From assembly GCA_009914755.4 (NCBI GenBank), contig CP086569.2, positions 31,872,001-31,936,000 on the forward strand: a stretch of 64,000 nt of DNA. The letters run 5' to 3'. Positions 19,919 through 39,248 of the stretch are shown piece after piece. Source of the stretch: the human T2T-CHM13v2.0 reference genome, Homo sapiens. The notes under the pieces are model-generated. The model was not told the origin of the DNA, did not search any database, and was given only the letters and a program-made list of their open reading frames with translations. Each line of letters opens with the position of its first letter. Within the stretch, counting starts at the first letter, position 1. A program made the position numbers and the translations under genes.

Positions 19919-22005
19919 ATATTTTTTAAATGAAAAAAAGTTTCAAAGGTACTCTGCTTGGTAAAATAATCAAATGTATAAACTGAGGAATAAAACATAA
20001 CCATGAAACCTTCTTATAACTGCATATGGAAAATACAGAGGATAATTTTTTAAATAACATATTTTGAAAGCCTTAACTAGTAATTTGAAGAGTTGGCATT
20101 TGAAAGGCCAGTATGAATATACCTTCAAAGCAGCAACACAGGTTCCCCATGAGAAAAAGCAAACTCAGGGAAAATAAAACCACAAAGGTTCAATCTCTTC
20201 TGACCTTTGAAAGACACAGCACAGACAGTGGTCCTTAGGACGAAGAGCAGGAGACCCTTAATTCCGTCACCATGGCGATAGGGCATAAACATTGCTGGGT
20301 GAGGGCACAATCCACATTGTGAGGTCCAACTGCTGCCAGGAAGACAGGAGTGCTTTTACATAGACCGAAAGGTCATTGAAGGCTCAGAGTTTTGTTTCAA
20401 GAACTGAATCCCAAGCCCACACGTTATTAGGCTGCGCTTCTTAAAACAAGTTATGAGATGGGAAAAAGGGCACCCACAAATATACGTATACATTATGTAT
20501 ATTATAATATACAGTATCATATTTATAATATATATAACCTATGTATAATATTGTTTTACATCCTGCATCTTATATATATTGTATAAAATATAATTGATAA
20601 TATATAAGTTTTATATTTATACAATAAGACATATAGTATATATTATAATTTATGACATATATAATATATGTTATATATCATATATAGAATATATTATACG
20701 GATAATATACGTATTAAATATAAATTATACATTAGATATATTATATATAATATATCTGCTATATATAATACACATTATGCATAATATATATATTATGTCT
20801 ATGTTATATATAGTATAAAACATCATATAATAATATATAATTGTATATAGAAAATGCGACGTTTAATATATATTATATTTTATGACATATGTAATATATA
20901 TTATATATTATATATAATACGTTGCATGTATAATACCTATATTAAATATTTATTATATGACTATGTTATTAATTACATGTCACATATGTTATATATTATA
21001 TATTTTACATAGAATATACCGGTTACATACAATATATACTATGTTACCTATAATGTATAATTTATTACATGTAAAATAAAGAATGCAATATATTATGTAT
21101 AATTTATAATATACAATATGTGGAATGTGATATATATAACATATAATATATGATATATGATATACAGTATATGATATATAACATACAATATATGATACCT
21201 AATATATATGGTATACAATATATATTTTATGATATGTATTCTCTATGTTTTATATTCTGTTATATATAACTATTTGAAATTATATATAACTGTGTAATAT
21301 TTTATGTAAATATGTAATATAATATATAACTATATAATATATTATATATAACTATATATTATGTTATATATACTTTTATAACATAATTTACATAAAATAT
21401 TATAATATAATATATATTATATTATTTCACATTACATAATATATATTACATATCACCCAATATAAGTAACATCCATAATATTTTAATATAGATTATATTA
21501 TGTTATATTAAATATGATATATATCATGTATCATATATTCTATAATATATATGATACATTATATAATATGTATGTTGTCTATTATGTGATATATATAACT
21601 AAATATAATTATATTATTATACATATTACTAGATAAACATGTAATTCTACATATTTTCATTTATAATATATAGAATTATATAATCATATATAATTATTTA
21701 TTTTCTATAAAAAATTATATCATTATATAAATTATAATATATAAAAATTATAATATGTACTACAAATATATATATTATATATCATATATGATATAGTACC
21801 TTTGTTATATATCATAATGCATATAAATGTGTATTATGTTATCTATAATTATATAATTTCATATATAAGATGTATAATATGTATTATATATTATATATGT
21901 TATGTAATATATATAGTGTATATAAGATGACACAGGATAAATATTATATACTATGACATATAAAATATATGAGGTTATATGTTACATATAAGGCATAGCA
22001 CATAA

Positions 22006-22326
<321 letters not shown>

Positions 22327-24421
22327 ATATTTTTTAAATGAAAAACAATTTCAAAGGTACTCTGCTTGGTACAATAATCAAATGTATAAACTGAGGAATA
22401 AAACATAACCATGAAACCTACTTATAACTGCATATGGAAAATACAGAGGATAATTTTTTAAATAACATATTTTGAAAGCCTTAACTAGTAATTTGAAGAG
22501 TTGGCATTTGAAAGGCCAGTATGAATATACCTTCAAAGCAGCAACACAGGTTCCCCATGAGAAAAAGCAAACTCAGGGAAAATAAAACCACAAAGGTTCC
22601 ATCTCTTCTGACCTTTGAAAGATACAGCACAGACAGTGGTCCTTAGGACGAAGAGCAGGAGACCCCTAATTCCGTCACCATGGCGATAGGGCATAAACAT
22701 TGCTGGGTGAGGGCACAATCCACATTGTGAGGTCCAACTGCTGCCACGAAGACAGGAGTGCTTTTACATAGACCGAAAGGTCATTGAAGGCTCAGAGTTT
22801 TGTTTCAAGAACTGAATCCCAAGCCCACACGTAATTAGGCTGCGTTTCTTAAAACAAGTTATGAGATGGGAAAAAGGGCACCTACAAACATACGTATACA
22901 TTATGTATATAATAATATACAGTATCATATATATAATATATATAACCAATGTATAATATTGTTTTACATCCTGCATCTTATATTATATATATTGTATAAA
23001 ATATAATAATTGAAAATATATAAATTTTATATTTATACAATATGATATATAGTATATATTATAATTTATGACATATATAATATATGTTATATATCATATA
23101 TAGAATATATTATACGGTTAATATACGTATTAAATATAAATTATACATTATATATATTATATATAATATATCTGCTATATATAATACCCATTATGCATAA
23201 TATATATATTATGTCTGTGTTATATATAGTATAAAACAACATATAATAATATATAATTGTATATGTAAAATGCGACATATAATATATATTATATTTTATG
23301 ACATATGTAATATATATTATATATTATATATAATACGTTGTATGTACAATACCTATATTAAATATAAACTATATGACTATGTTATTAATTACATGTCACA
23401 TATGTTATATATTATATATTTTACATAGAATATACCGGTTACATACAATATATACTATGTTACCTATAATGTATAATTTATTACATGTAAAATAAAGAAT
23501 GCAATATATTATTTATAATTTATAATATACAATATGTGGAATGTGATATATATAACATATAATATATGATATATGATATACAGTATATGATATATAACAT
23601 ACAATATATGATACCTAATATATATGGTATAAAATATATATTTTATGATATGTATTCTCTATGTTTAATATTCTGTTATATATAACTATTTGAAATTATA
23701 TATAACTGTATAATATTTTATGTAAATATGTAATATAATATATAACTATATAATATATTATATATAACTATATATTATGTTATATATACTTTTATAACAT
23801 AATTTACATAAAATATTATAATATAATATATATTATATTATTTCACATTACATAATATATATTACATATCACCCAATATAAGTAACATACATAATATTTT
23901 AATATAGATTATATTATGTTATATTAAATATGATATATATCATGTATCATATATTCTATAATATATATGATACATTATATAATATGTATGTTGTCTATTA
24001 TGTGATATATATAACTAAATATAATTATATTATTATACATATTACTAGATAAACATGTAATTCTACATATTTTCATTTATAATATATAGAATTATATAAT
24101 CATATATAATTATTTATATTCTATAAAAAATTATATCATTATATAAATTATAATATATAAAAATTATAATATGTATTACAAATATATATATTATATATCA
24201 TATATGATATAGTACCTTTGTTATATATCATAATACATATAAATGTGTATTATGTTATCTATAATTATATAATTTCATATATAAGATGTATAATATGTAT
24301 TATATATTATATATGTTATGTAATATATATAGTATATATAAGATGACACAGGATAAATATTATATACTATGACATATAAAATATATGAGGTTATATGTTA
24401 CATATAAGGCATAGCACATAA

Positions 24422-24742
<321 letters not shown>

Positions 24743-26829
24743 ATATTTTTTAAATGAAAAAAAGTTTCAAAGGTACTCTGCTTGGTAAAATAATCAAATG
24801 TATAAACTGAGGAATAAAACATAACCATGAAACCTTCTTATAACTGCATATGGAAAATACAGAGGATAATTTTTTAAATAACATATTTTGAAAGCCTTAA
24901 CTAGTAATTTGAAGAGTTGGCATTTGAAAGGCCAGTATGAATATACCTTCAAAGCAGCAACACAGGTTCCCCATGAGAAAAAGCAAACTCAGGGAAAATA
25001 AAACCACAAAGGTTCAATCTCTTCTGACCTTTGAAAGACACAGCACAGACAGTGGTCCTTAGGACGAAGAGCAGGAGACCCTTAATTCCGTCACCATGGC
25101 GATAGGGCATAAACATTGCTGGGTGAGGGCACAATCCACATTGTGAGGTCCAACTGCTGCCAGGAAGACAGGAGTGCTTTTACATAGACCGAAAGGTCAT
25201 TGAAGGCTCAGAGTTTTGTTTCAAGAACTGAATCCCAAGCCCACACGTTATTAGGCTGCGCTTCTTAAAACAAGTTATGAGATGGGAAAAAGGGCACCCA
25301 CAAATATACGTATACATTATGTATATTATAATATACAGTATCATATTTATAATATATATAACCTATGTATAATATTGTTTTACATCCTGCATCTTATATA
25401 TATTGTATAAAATATAATTGATAATATATAAGTTTTATATTTATACAATAAGACATATAGTATATATTATAATTTATGACATATATAATATATGTTATAT
25501 ATCATATATAGAATATATTATACGGATAATATACGTATTAAATATAAATTATACATTAGATATATTATATATAATATATCTGCTATATATAATACACATT
25601 ATGCATAATATATATATTATGTCTATGTTATATATAGTATAAAACATCATATAATAATATATAATTGTATATAGAAAATGCGACGTTTAATATATATTAT
25701 ATTTTATGACATATGTAATATATATTATATATTATATATAATACGTTGCATGTATAATACCTATATTAAATATTTATTATATGACTATGTTATTAATTAC
25801 ATGTCACATATGTTATATATTATATATTTTACATAGAATATACCGGTTACATACAATATATACTATGTTACCTATAATGTATAATTTATTACATGTAAAA
25901 TAAAGAATGCAATATATTATGTATAATTTATAATATACAATATGTGGAATGTGATATATATAACATATAATATATGATATATGATATACAGTATATGATA
26001 TATAACATACAATATATGATACCTAATATATATGGTATACAATATATATTTTATGATATGTATTCTCTATGTTTTATATTCTGTTATATATAACTATTTG
26101 AAATTATATATAACTGTGTAATATTTTATGTAAATATGTAATATAATATATAACTATATAATATATTATATATAACTATATATTATGTTATATATACTTT
26201 TATAACATAATTTACATAAAATATTATAATATAATATATATTATATTATTTCACATTACATAATATATATTACATATCACCCAATATAAGTAACATCCAT
26301 AATATTTTAATATAGATTATATTATGTTATATTAAATATGATATATATCATGTATCATATATTCTATAATATATATGATACATTATATAATATGTATGTT
26401 GTCTATTATGTGATATATATAACTAAATATAATTATATTATTATACATATTACTAGATAAACATGTAATTCTACATATTTTCATTTATAATATATAGAAT
26501 TATATAATCATATATAATTATTTATTTTCTATAAAAAATTATATCATTATATAAATTATAATATATAAAAATTATAATATGTACTACAAATATATATATT
26601 ATATATCATATATGATATAGTACCTTTGTTATATATCATAATGCATATAAATGTGTATTATGTTATCTATAATTATATAATTTCATATATAAGATGTATA
26701 ATATGTATTATATATTATATATGTTATGTAATATATATAGTGTATATAAGATGACACAGGATAAATATTATATACTATGACATATAAAATATATGAGGTT
26801 ATATGTTACATATAAGGCATAGCACATAA

Positions 26830-27150
<321 letters not shown>

Positions 27151-29245
27151 ATATTTTTTAAATGAAAAACAATTTCAAAGGTACTCTGCTTGGTACAATA
27201 ATCAAATGTATAAACTGAGGAATAAAACATAACCATGAAACCTACTTATAACTGCATATGGAAAATACAGAGGATAATTTTTTAAATAACATATTTTGAA
27301 AGCCTTAACTAGTAATTTGAAGAGTTGGCATTTGAAAGGCCAGTATGAATATACCTTCAAAGCAGCAACACAGGTTCCCCATGAGAAAAAGCAAACTCAG
27401 GGAAAATAAAACCACAAAGGTTCCATCTCTTCTGACCTTTGAAAGACACAGCACAGACAGTGGTCCTTAGGACGAAGAGCAGGAGACCCCTAATTCCGTC
27501 ACCATGGCGATAGGGCATAAACATTGCTGGGTGAGGGCACAATCCACATTGTGAGGTCCAACTGCTGCCACGAAGACAGGAGTGCTTTTACATAGACCGA
27601 AAGGTCATTGAAGGCTCAGAGTTTTGTTTCAAGAACTGAATCCCAAGCCCACATGTAATTAGGCTGCGTTTCTTAAAACAAGTTATGAGATGGGAAAAAG
27701 GGCACCTACAAACATACGTATACATTATGTATATAATAATATACAGTATCATATATATAATATATATAACCAATGTATAATATTGTTTTACATCCTGCAT
27801 CTTATATTATATATATTGTATAAAATATAATAATTGAAAATATATAAATTTTATATTTATACAATATGATATATAGTATATATTATAATTTATGACATAT
27901 ATAATATATGTTATATATCATATATAGAATATATTATACGGTTAATATACGTATTAAATATAAATTATACATTATATATATTATATATAATATATCTGCT
28001 ATATATAATACCCATTATGCATAATATATATATTATGTCTGTGTTATATATAGTATAAAACAACATATAATAATATATAATTGTATATGTAAAATGCGAC
28101 ATATAATATATATTATATTTTATGACATATGTAATATATATTATATATTATATATAATACGTTGTATGTACAATACCTATATTAAATATAAACTATATGA
28201 CTATGTTATTAATTACATGTCACATATGTTATATATTATATATTTTACATAGAATATACCGGTTACATACAATATATACTATGTTACCTATAATGTATAA
28301 TTTATTACATGTAAAATAAAGAATGCAATATATTATTTATAATTTATAATATACAATATGTGGAATGTGATATATATAACATATAATATATGATATATGA
28401 TATACAGTATATGATATATAACATACAATATATGATACCTAATATATATGGTATAAAATATATATTTTATGATATGTATTCTCTATGTTTAATATTCTGT
28501 TATATATAACTATTTGAAATTATATATAACTGTATAATATTTTATGTAAATATGTAATATAATATATAACTATATAATATATTATATATAACTATATATT
28601 ATGTTATATATACTTTTATAACATAATTTACATAAAATATTATAATATAATATATATTATATTATTTCACATTACATAATATATATTACATATCACCCAA
28701 TATAAGTAACATACATAATATTTTAATATAGATTATATTATGTTATATTAAATATGATATATATCATGTATCATATATTCTATAATATATATGATACATT
28801 ATATAATATGTATGTTGTCTATTATGTGATATATATAACTAAATATAATTATATTATTATACATATTACTAGATAAACATGTAATTCTACATATTTTCAT
28901 TTATAATATATAGAATTATATAATCATATATAATTATTTATATTCTATAAAAAATTATATCATTATATAAATTATAATATATAAAAATTATAATATGTAC
29001 TACAAATATATATATTATATATCATATATGATATAGTACCTTTGTTATATATCATAATACATATAAATGTGTATTATGTTATCTATAATTATATAATTTC
29101 ATATATAAGATGTATAATATGTATTATATATTATATATGTTATGTAATATATATAGTATATATAAGATGACACAGGATAAATATTATATACTATGACATA
29201 TAAAATATATGAGGTTATATGTTACATATAAGGCATAGCACATAA

Positions 29246-29566
<321 letters not shown>

Positions 29567-31661
29567 ATATTTTTTAAATGAAAAACAATTTCAAAGGTAC
29601 TCTGCTTGGTACAATAATCAAATGTATAAACTGAGGAATAAAACATAACCATGAAACCTACTTATAACTGCATATGGAAAATACAGAGGATAATTTTTTA
29701 AATATCATATTTTGAAAGCCTTAACTAGTAATTTGAAGAGTTGGCATTTGAAAGGCCAGTATGAATATACCTTCAAAGCAGCAACACAGGTTCCCCATGA
29801 GAAAAAGCAAACTCAGGGAAAATAAAACCACAAAGGTTCCATCTCTTCTGACCTTTGAAAGACACAGCACAGACAGTGGTCCTTAGGACGAAGAGCAGGA
29901 GACCCCTAATTCCGTCACCATGGCGATAGGGCATAAACATTGCTGGGTGAGGGCACAATCCACATTGTGAGGTCCAACTGCTGCCAGGAAGACAGGAGTG
30001 CTTTTACATAGACCGAAAGGTCATTGAAGGTTCAGAGTTTTGTTTCAAGAACTGAATCCCAAGCCCACACGTTATTAGGCTGCGCTTCTTAAAACAAGTT
30101 ATGAGATGGGAAAAAGGGCACCTACAAACATACGTATACATTATGTATATAATAATATACAGTATCATATATATAATATATATAACCCATGTATAATATT
30201 GTTTTACATCCTGCATCTTATATTATATATATTGTATAAAATATAATAATTGATAATATATAAATTTTATATTTATACAATATGACATATAGTATATATT
30301 ATAATTTATTACATATATAATATATGTTATATATCATATATAGAATATATTCTACGGTTAATATACGTATTAAATATAAATTATACATTATATATATTAT
30401 ATATAATATATCTGCTATATATAATACCCATTATGCATAATATATATATTATGTCTATGTTATATATAGTATAAAACAACATATAATAATATATAATTGT
30501 ATATATAAAGTGCGACATATAATATATATTATATTTTATGACATATGTAATATATATTATATATTATATATAATACGTTGTATGTATAATACCTATATTA
30601 AATATAAATTATATGACTATGTTATTAATTACATGTCACATATGTTATATATTATATATTTTACATAGAATATACCGGTTACATACAATATATACTATGT
30701 TACCTATAATGTATAATTTATTACATGTAAAATAAAGAATGCAATATATTATGTATAATTTATAATATACAATATGTGGAATGTGATATATATAACATAT
30801 AATATATGATATATGATATACAGTATACGATATATAACATACAATATATGATACCTAATATATATGGTATACAATATATATTTTATGATATGTATTCTCT
30901 ATGTTTTATATTCTGTTATATATAACTATTTGAAATTATATATAACTGTATAATATTTTATGTAAATATGTAATATAATATATAACTATATAATATATTA
31001 TATATAACGATATATTATGTTATATATACTTTTATAACATAATTTACATAAAATATCATAATATAATATATATTATATTATTTCACATTACATAATATAT
31101 ATTACATATCACCCAATATAAGTAACATACATAATATTATAATATAGATTATATTATGTTATATTAAATATCATATATATATTGTATCATATATTCTATA
31201 ATATATTTGATACATTATATAATATGTATGTTGTCTATTATGTGATATATATAACTATATATAATTATATTATTATACATATTACTAGATAAACATGTAA
31301 TTCTACATATTTTCATTTTTAATATATAGAATTAGATAATCATATATAATTATTTATATTCTATAAAAAATTATATCATTATATAAATTATAATATATAA
31401 AAATTATAATATGTACTACAAATATATATATTATATATCATATATGATATAGTACCTTTGTTATATATCATAATACATATAAATGTGTGTTATGTTATCT
31501 ATAATTATATAATTTCATATATAAGATGTATAATATGTATTATATATTATATATGTTATGTAATATATATAGTATATATAAGATGACACAGGATAAATAT
31601 TATATACTATGACATATAAAATATATGAGGTTATATGTTACATATAAGGCATAGCACATAA

Positions 31662-31982
<321 letters not shown>

Positions 31983-34075
31983 ATATTTTTTAAATGAAAA
32001 AAAATTTCAAAGGTACTCTGCTTGGTACAATAATCAAATGTATAAACTGAGGAATAAAACATAACCATGAAACCTACTTATAACTGCATATGGAAAATAC
32101 AGAGGATAATTTTTTAAATAACATATTTTGAAAGCCTTAACTAGTAATTTGAAGAGTTGGCATTTGAAAGGCCAGTATGAATATACCTTCAAAGCAGCAA
32201 CACAGGTTCCCCATGAGAAAAAGCAAACTCAGGGAAAATAAAACCACAAAGGTTCCATCTCTTCTGACCTTTGAAAGACACAGCACAGACAGTGGTCCTT
32301 AGGACGAAGAGCAGGAGACCCCTAATTCCGTCACCATGGCGATAGGGCATAAACATTGCTGGGTGAGGGCACAATCCACATTGTGAGGTCCAACTGCTGC
32401 CAGGAAGACAGGAGTGCTTTTACATAGACCGAAAGGTCATTGAAGGCTCAGAGTTTTGTTTCAAGAACTGAATCCCAAGCCCACAAGTTATTAGGCTGCG
32501 CTTCTTAAAACAAGTTATGAGATGGGAAAAAGGGCACCTACAAACATACGTATACATTATGTATATAATAATATACAGTATCATATATAATATATATAAC
32601 CCATGTATAATATTGTTTTACATCCTGCATCTTATATTATATATATTGTATAAAATATAATAATTGATAATATATAAATTTTATATTTATACAATATGAC
32701 ATATAATATATATTATAATTTATTACATATATAATATAGGTTATATATCATATATAGAATATATTATACGGTTAATATACGTATTAAATATAAATTATAC
32801 ATTATATATATTATATATAATATATCTGCTATATATGATACCCATTATGCATAATATATATATTATGTCTATGTTATATATAGTATAAAACAACATATAA
32901 TAATATATAATTGTATATATAAAACGCGACATATAATATATATTATATTTTTTGACATATGTAATATATATTATATGTTATATATAATACGTTGTATGTA
33001 TAATACCTATATTAAATATAAACTATTTGACTATGTTATTAATTACATGTCACATATGTTATATATTATATATTTTACATAGAATATACCGGTTACATAC
33101 AATATATACTATGTTACCTATAATGTATAATTTATTACATGTAAAATAAAGAATGCAATATATTATGTATAATTTATAATATACAATACGTGGAATGTGA
33201 TATATATAACATATAATATATGATATATGATATACAGTATATGATATATAACATACAATATATGATACCTAATATATATGGTATACAATATATATTTTAT
33301 GATATGTATTCTATATGTTTTATATTCTGTTATATATAACTATTTGAAATTATATATAACTGTATAATATTTTATGTAAATATGTAATATAATATATAAC
33401 TATATAATATATTATATATAACTATATATTATGTTATATATACTTTTATAACATAATTTACATAAAATATCATAATATAATATATATTATATTATTTCAT
33501 ATTACATAATATATATTAGATATCACCCAATATAAGTAACATACATAATATTATAATATAGATTATATTATGTTATATTAAATATCATATATATCATGTA
33601 TCATATATTCTATAATATATTTGATACATTATATAATATGTATGTTGTCTATTATGTGATATATATAACTATATATAATTATATTATTATACATATTACT
33701 AGATAAACATGTAATTCTACATATTTTCATTTTTAATATATAGAATTAGATAATCATATATAATTATTTATATTCTATAAAAAATTATATCATTATATAA
33801 ATTATAATATATAAAAATTAAAATATGTACTACAAATATATATATTATATATCATATATGATATAGTACCTTTGTTATATATCATAATACATATAAATGT
33901 GTATTATGTTATCTATAATTATATAATTTCATATATAAGATGTATAATATGTATCATATATTATATATGTTATGTAATATATATAGTATATATAAGATGA
34001 CACAGGATAAATATTATATACTATGACATATGAAATATATGAGGTTATATGTTACATATAAGGCATAGCACATAA

Positions 34076-34396
<321 letters not shown>

Positions 34397-35842
34397 ATAT
34401 TTTTTAAATGAAAAACAATTTCAAAGGTACTCTGCTTGGTACAATAATCGAATGTATAAACTGAGGAATAAAACATAACCATGAAACCTACTTATAACTG
34501 CATATGGAAAATACAGAGGATAATTTTTTAAATAACATATTTTGAAAGCCTTAACTAGTAATTTGAAGAGTTGGCATTTGAAAGGCCAGTATGAATATAC
34601 CTTCAAAGCAGCAACACAGGTTCCCCATGAGAAAAAGCAAACTCAGGGAAAATAAAACCACAAAGGTTCCATCTCTTCTGACCTTTGAAAGACACAGCAC
34701 AGACAGTGGTCCTTAGGACGAAGAGCAGGAGACCCCTAATTCCGTCACCATGGCAATAGGGCATAAACATTGCTGGGTGAGGGCACAATCCACATTGTGA
34801 GGTCCAACTGCTGCCAGGAAGACAGGAGTGCTTTTACATAGACCGAAAGGTCATTGAAGGCTCAGAGTTTTGTTTCAAGAACTGAATCCCAAGCCCACAA
34901 GTTATTAGGCTGCGCTTCTTAAAACAAGTTATGAGATGGGAAAAAGGGCACCTACAAACATACGTATACATTATGTATATAATAATATACAGTATCATAT
35001 ATAATATATATAACCCATGTATAATATTGTTTTACATCCTGCATCTTATATTATATATATTGTATAAAATATAATAATTGATAATATATAAATTTTATAT
35101 TTATACAATATGACATATAATATATATTATAATTTATTACATATATAATATAGGTTATATATCATATATAGAATATATTATACGGTTAATATACGTATTA
35201 AATATAAATTATACATTATATATATTATATATAATATATCTGCTATATATAATACCCATTATGCATAATATATATATTATGTCTATGTTATATATAGTAT
35301 AAAACAACATATAATAATATATAATTGTATATATAAAACGCGACATATAATATATATTATATTTTTTGACATATGTAATATATATTATATGTTATATATA
35401 ATACGTTGTATGTATAATACCTATATTAAATATAAACTATTTGACTATGTTATTAATTACATGTCACATATGTTATATATTATATATTTTACATAGAATA
35501 TACCGGTTACATACAATATATACTATGTTACCTATAATGTATAATTTATTACATGTAAAATAAAGAATGCAATATATTATGTATAATTTATAATATACAA
35601 TATGTGGAATGTGATATATATAACATATAATATATGATATATGATATACAGTATATGATATATAACATACAATATATGATACCTAATATATATGGTATAC
35701 AATATATATTTTATGATATGTATTCTATATGTTTTATATTCTGTTATATATAACTATTTGAAATTATATATAACTGTATAATATTTTATGTAAATATGTA
35801 ATATAATATATAACTATATAATATATTATATATAACTATATA

Positions 35843-35864
35843 ATATATTTTATATAACTATATA
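35843..35864. repeat. Private 22-bp tandem microduplication in the AT-rich segment of unit 15
   Basis: 'atatattatatataactatata' (35821-35842) is followed by 'atatattttatataactatata' (35843-35864). The other units have a single copy ('...aactatataatatattatatataactatatattatg...'). This accounts for unit 15 being 2436 bp against 2414 bp for unit 14. Confidence 0.75.
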
Positions 35865-36511
35865 TTATGTTATATATACTTTTATAACATAATTTACATA
35901 AAATATCATAATATAATATATATTATATTATTTCATATTACATAATATATATTACATATCACCCAATATAAGTAACATACATAACATTATAATATAGATT
36001 ACATTATGTTATATTAAATATCATATATATCATGTATCATATATTCTATAATATATATGATACATTATATAATATGTATGTTGTCTATTATGTGATATAT
36101 ATAACTATATATAATTATATTATTATACATATTACTAGATAAACATGTAATTCTACATATTTTCATTTATAATATATAGAATTATATAATCATATATAAT
36201 TATTTATATTCTATAAAAAATTATATCATTATATAAATTATAATATATAAAAATTATAATATGTACTACAAATATATATATTATATATCATATATGATAT
36301 AGTACCTTTGTTATATATCATAATACATATAAATGTGTATTATGTTATCTATAATTATATAATTACATATATAAGATGTATAATATGTATTATATATTAT
36401 ATATGTTATGTAATATATATAGTATATATAAGATGACACAGGATAAATATTATATACTATGACATATAAAATATATGAGGTTATATGTTACATATAAGGC
36501 ATAGCACATAA

Positions 36512-36832
<321 letters not shown>

Positions 36833-38927
36833 ATATTTTTTAAATGAAAAAAAATTTCAAAGGTACTCTGCTTGGTACAATAATCAAATGTATAAACTGA
36901 GGAATAAAACATAACCATGAAACCTACTTAAAACTGCATATGGAAAATACAGAGGATAATTTTTTAAATAACATATTTTGAAAGCCTTAACTAGTAATTT
37001 GAAGAGTTGGCATTTGAAAGGCCAGTACGAATATACCTTCAAAGCAGCAACACAGGTTCCCCATGAGAAAAAGCAATCTCAGGGAAAATAAAACCAGAAA
37101 GGTTCAATCTCTTCTGACCTTTGAAAGACACAGCACAAACAGTGGTCCTTAGGACGAAGAGCAGGAGACCCCTAATTCCGTCACCATGGCGATAGGGCAT
37201 AAACATTGCTGGGTGAGGGCACAATCCACATTGTGAGGTCCAACTGCTGCCAGGAAGACAGGAGTGCTTTTACATAGACCGAAAGGTCATTGAAGGCTCA
37301 GAGTTTTGTTTCAAGAACTGAATCCCAAGCCCACACGTTATTAGGCTGCGCTTCTTAAAACAAGTTATGAGATGGGAAAAAGGGCACCTACAAACACACG
37401 TATACATTATGTATATAATAATATACAGTATTATATATATAATATATATAACCCATGTATAATATTGTTTTACATCCTGCATCTTATATTATATATATTG
37501 TATAAAATATAATAATTGATAATATATAAATTTTATATTTATACAATATGACATATAGTATATATTATAATTTATTACATATATAATATATGTTATATAT
37601 CATATATAGAATATATTATACGGTTAATATACGTATTAAATATAAATTATACATTATATATATTATATATAATATATCTGCTATATATAATACCCATTAT
37701 GCATAATATATATATTATGTCTATGTTATATATAGTATAAAACAACATATAATAATATATAATTGTATATATAAAACGTGACATATAATATATATTATAT
37801 TTTTTGACATATGTAATATATATTATATATTATATATAATACGTTGTATGTATAATACCTATATTAAATATAAATTATATGACTATGTTATTAATTACAT
37901 GTCACATATGTTATATATTATATATTTTACATAGAATATACCGGTTACATACAATATATACTATGTTACCTATAATGTATAATTTATTACATGTAAAATA
38001 AAGAATGCAATATATTATGTATAATTTATAATATACAATATGTGGAATGTGATATATATAACATATAATATATGATATATGATATACAGTATATGATATA
38101 TAACATACAATATATGATACCTAATATATATGGTATACAATATATATTTTATGATATGTATTCTATATGTTTTATATTCTGTTATATATAACTATTTGAA
38201 ATTATATATAACTGTATAATATTTTATGTAAATATGTAATATAATATATAACTATATAATATATTATATATAACTATATATTATGTTATATATACTTTTA
38301 TAACATAATTTACATAAAATATCATAATATAATATATATTATATTATTTCATATTACATAATATATATTACATATCACCCAATATAAGTAACATACATAA
38401 CATTATAATATAGATTATATTATGTTATATTAAATATCATATATATCATGTATCATATATTCTATAATATATATGATACATTATATAATATGTATGTTGT
38501 CTATTATGTGATATATATAACTATATATAATTATATTATTATACATATTACTAGATAAACATGTAATTCTACATATTTTCATTTATAATATATAGAATTA
38601 TATAATCATATATAATTATTTATATTCTATAAAAAATTATATAATTATATAAATTATAATATATAAAAATTATAATATGTACTACAAATATATATATTAT
38701 ATATCATATATGATATAGTACCTTTGTTATATATCATAATACATATAAATGTGTATTATGTTATCTATAATTATATAATTTCACATATAAGATGTATAAT
38801 ATGTATTATATATTATATATGTTATGTAATATATATAGTATATATAAGATGACACAGGATAAATATTATATACTATGACATATAAAATATATGAGGTTAT
38901 ATGTTACATATAAGGCATAGCACATAA

Positions 38928-39248
<321 letters not shown>

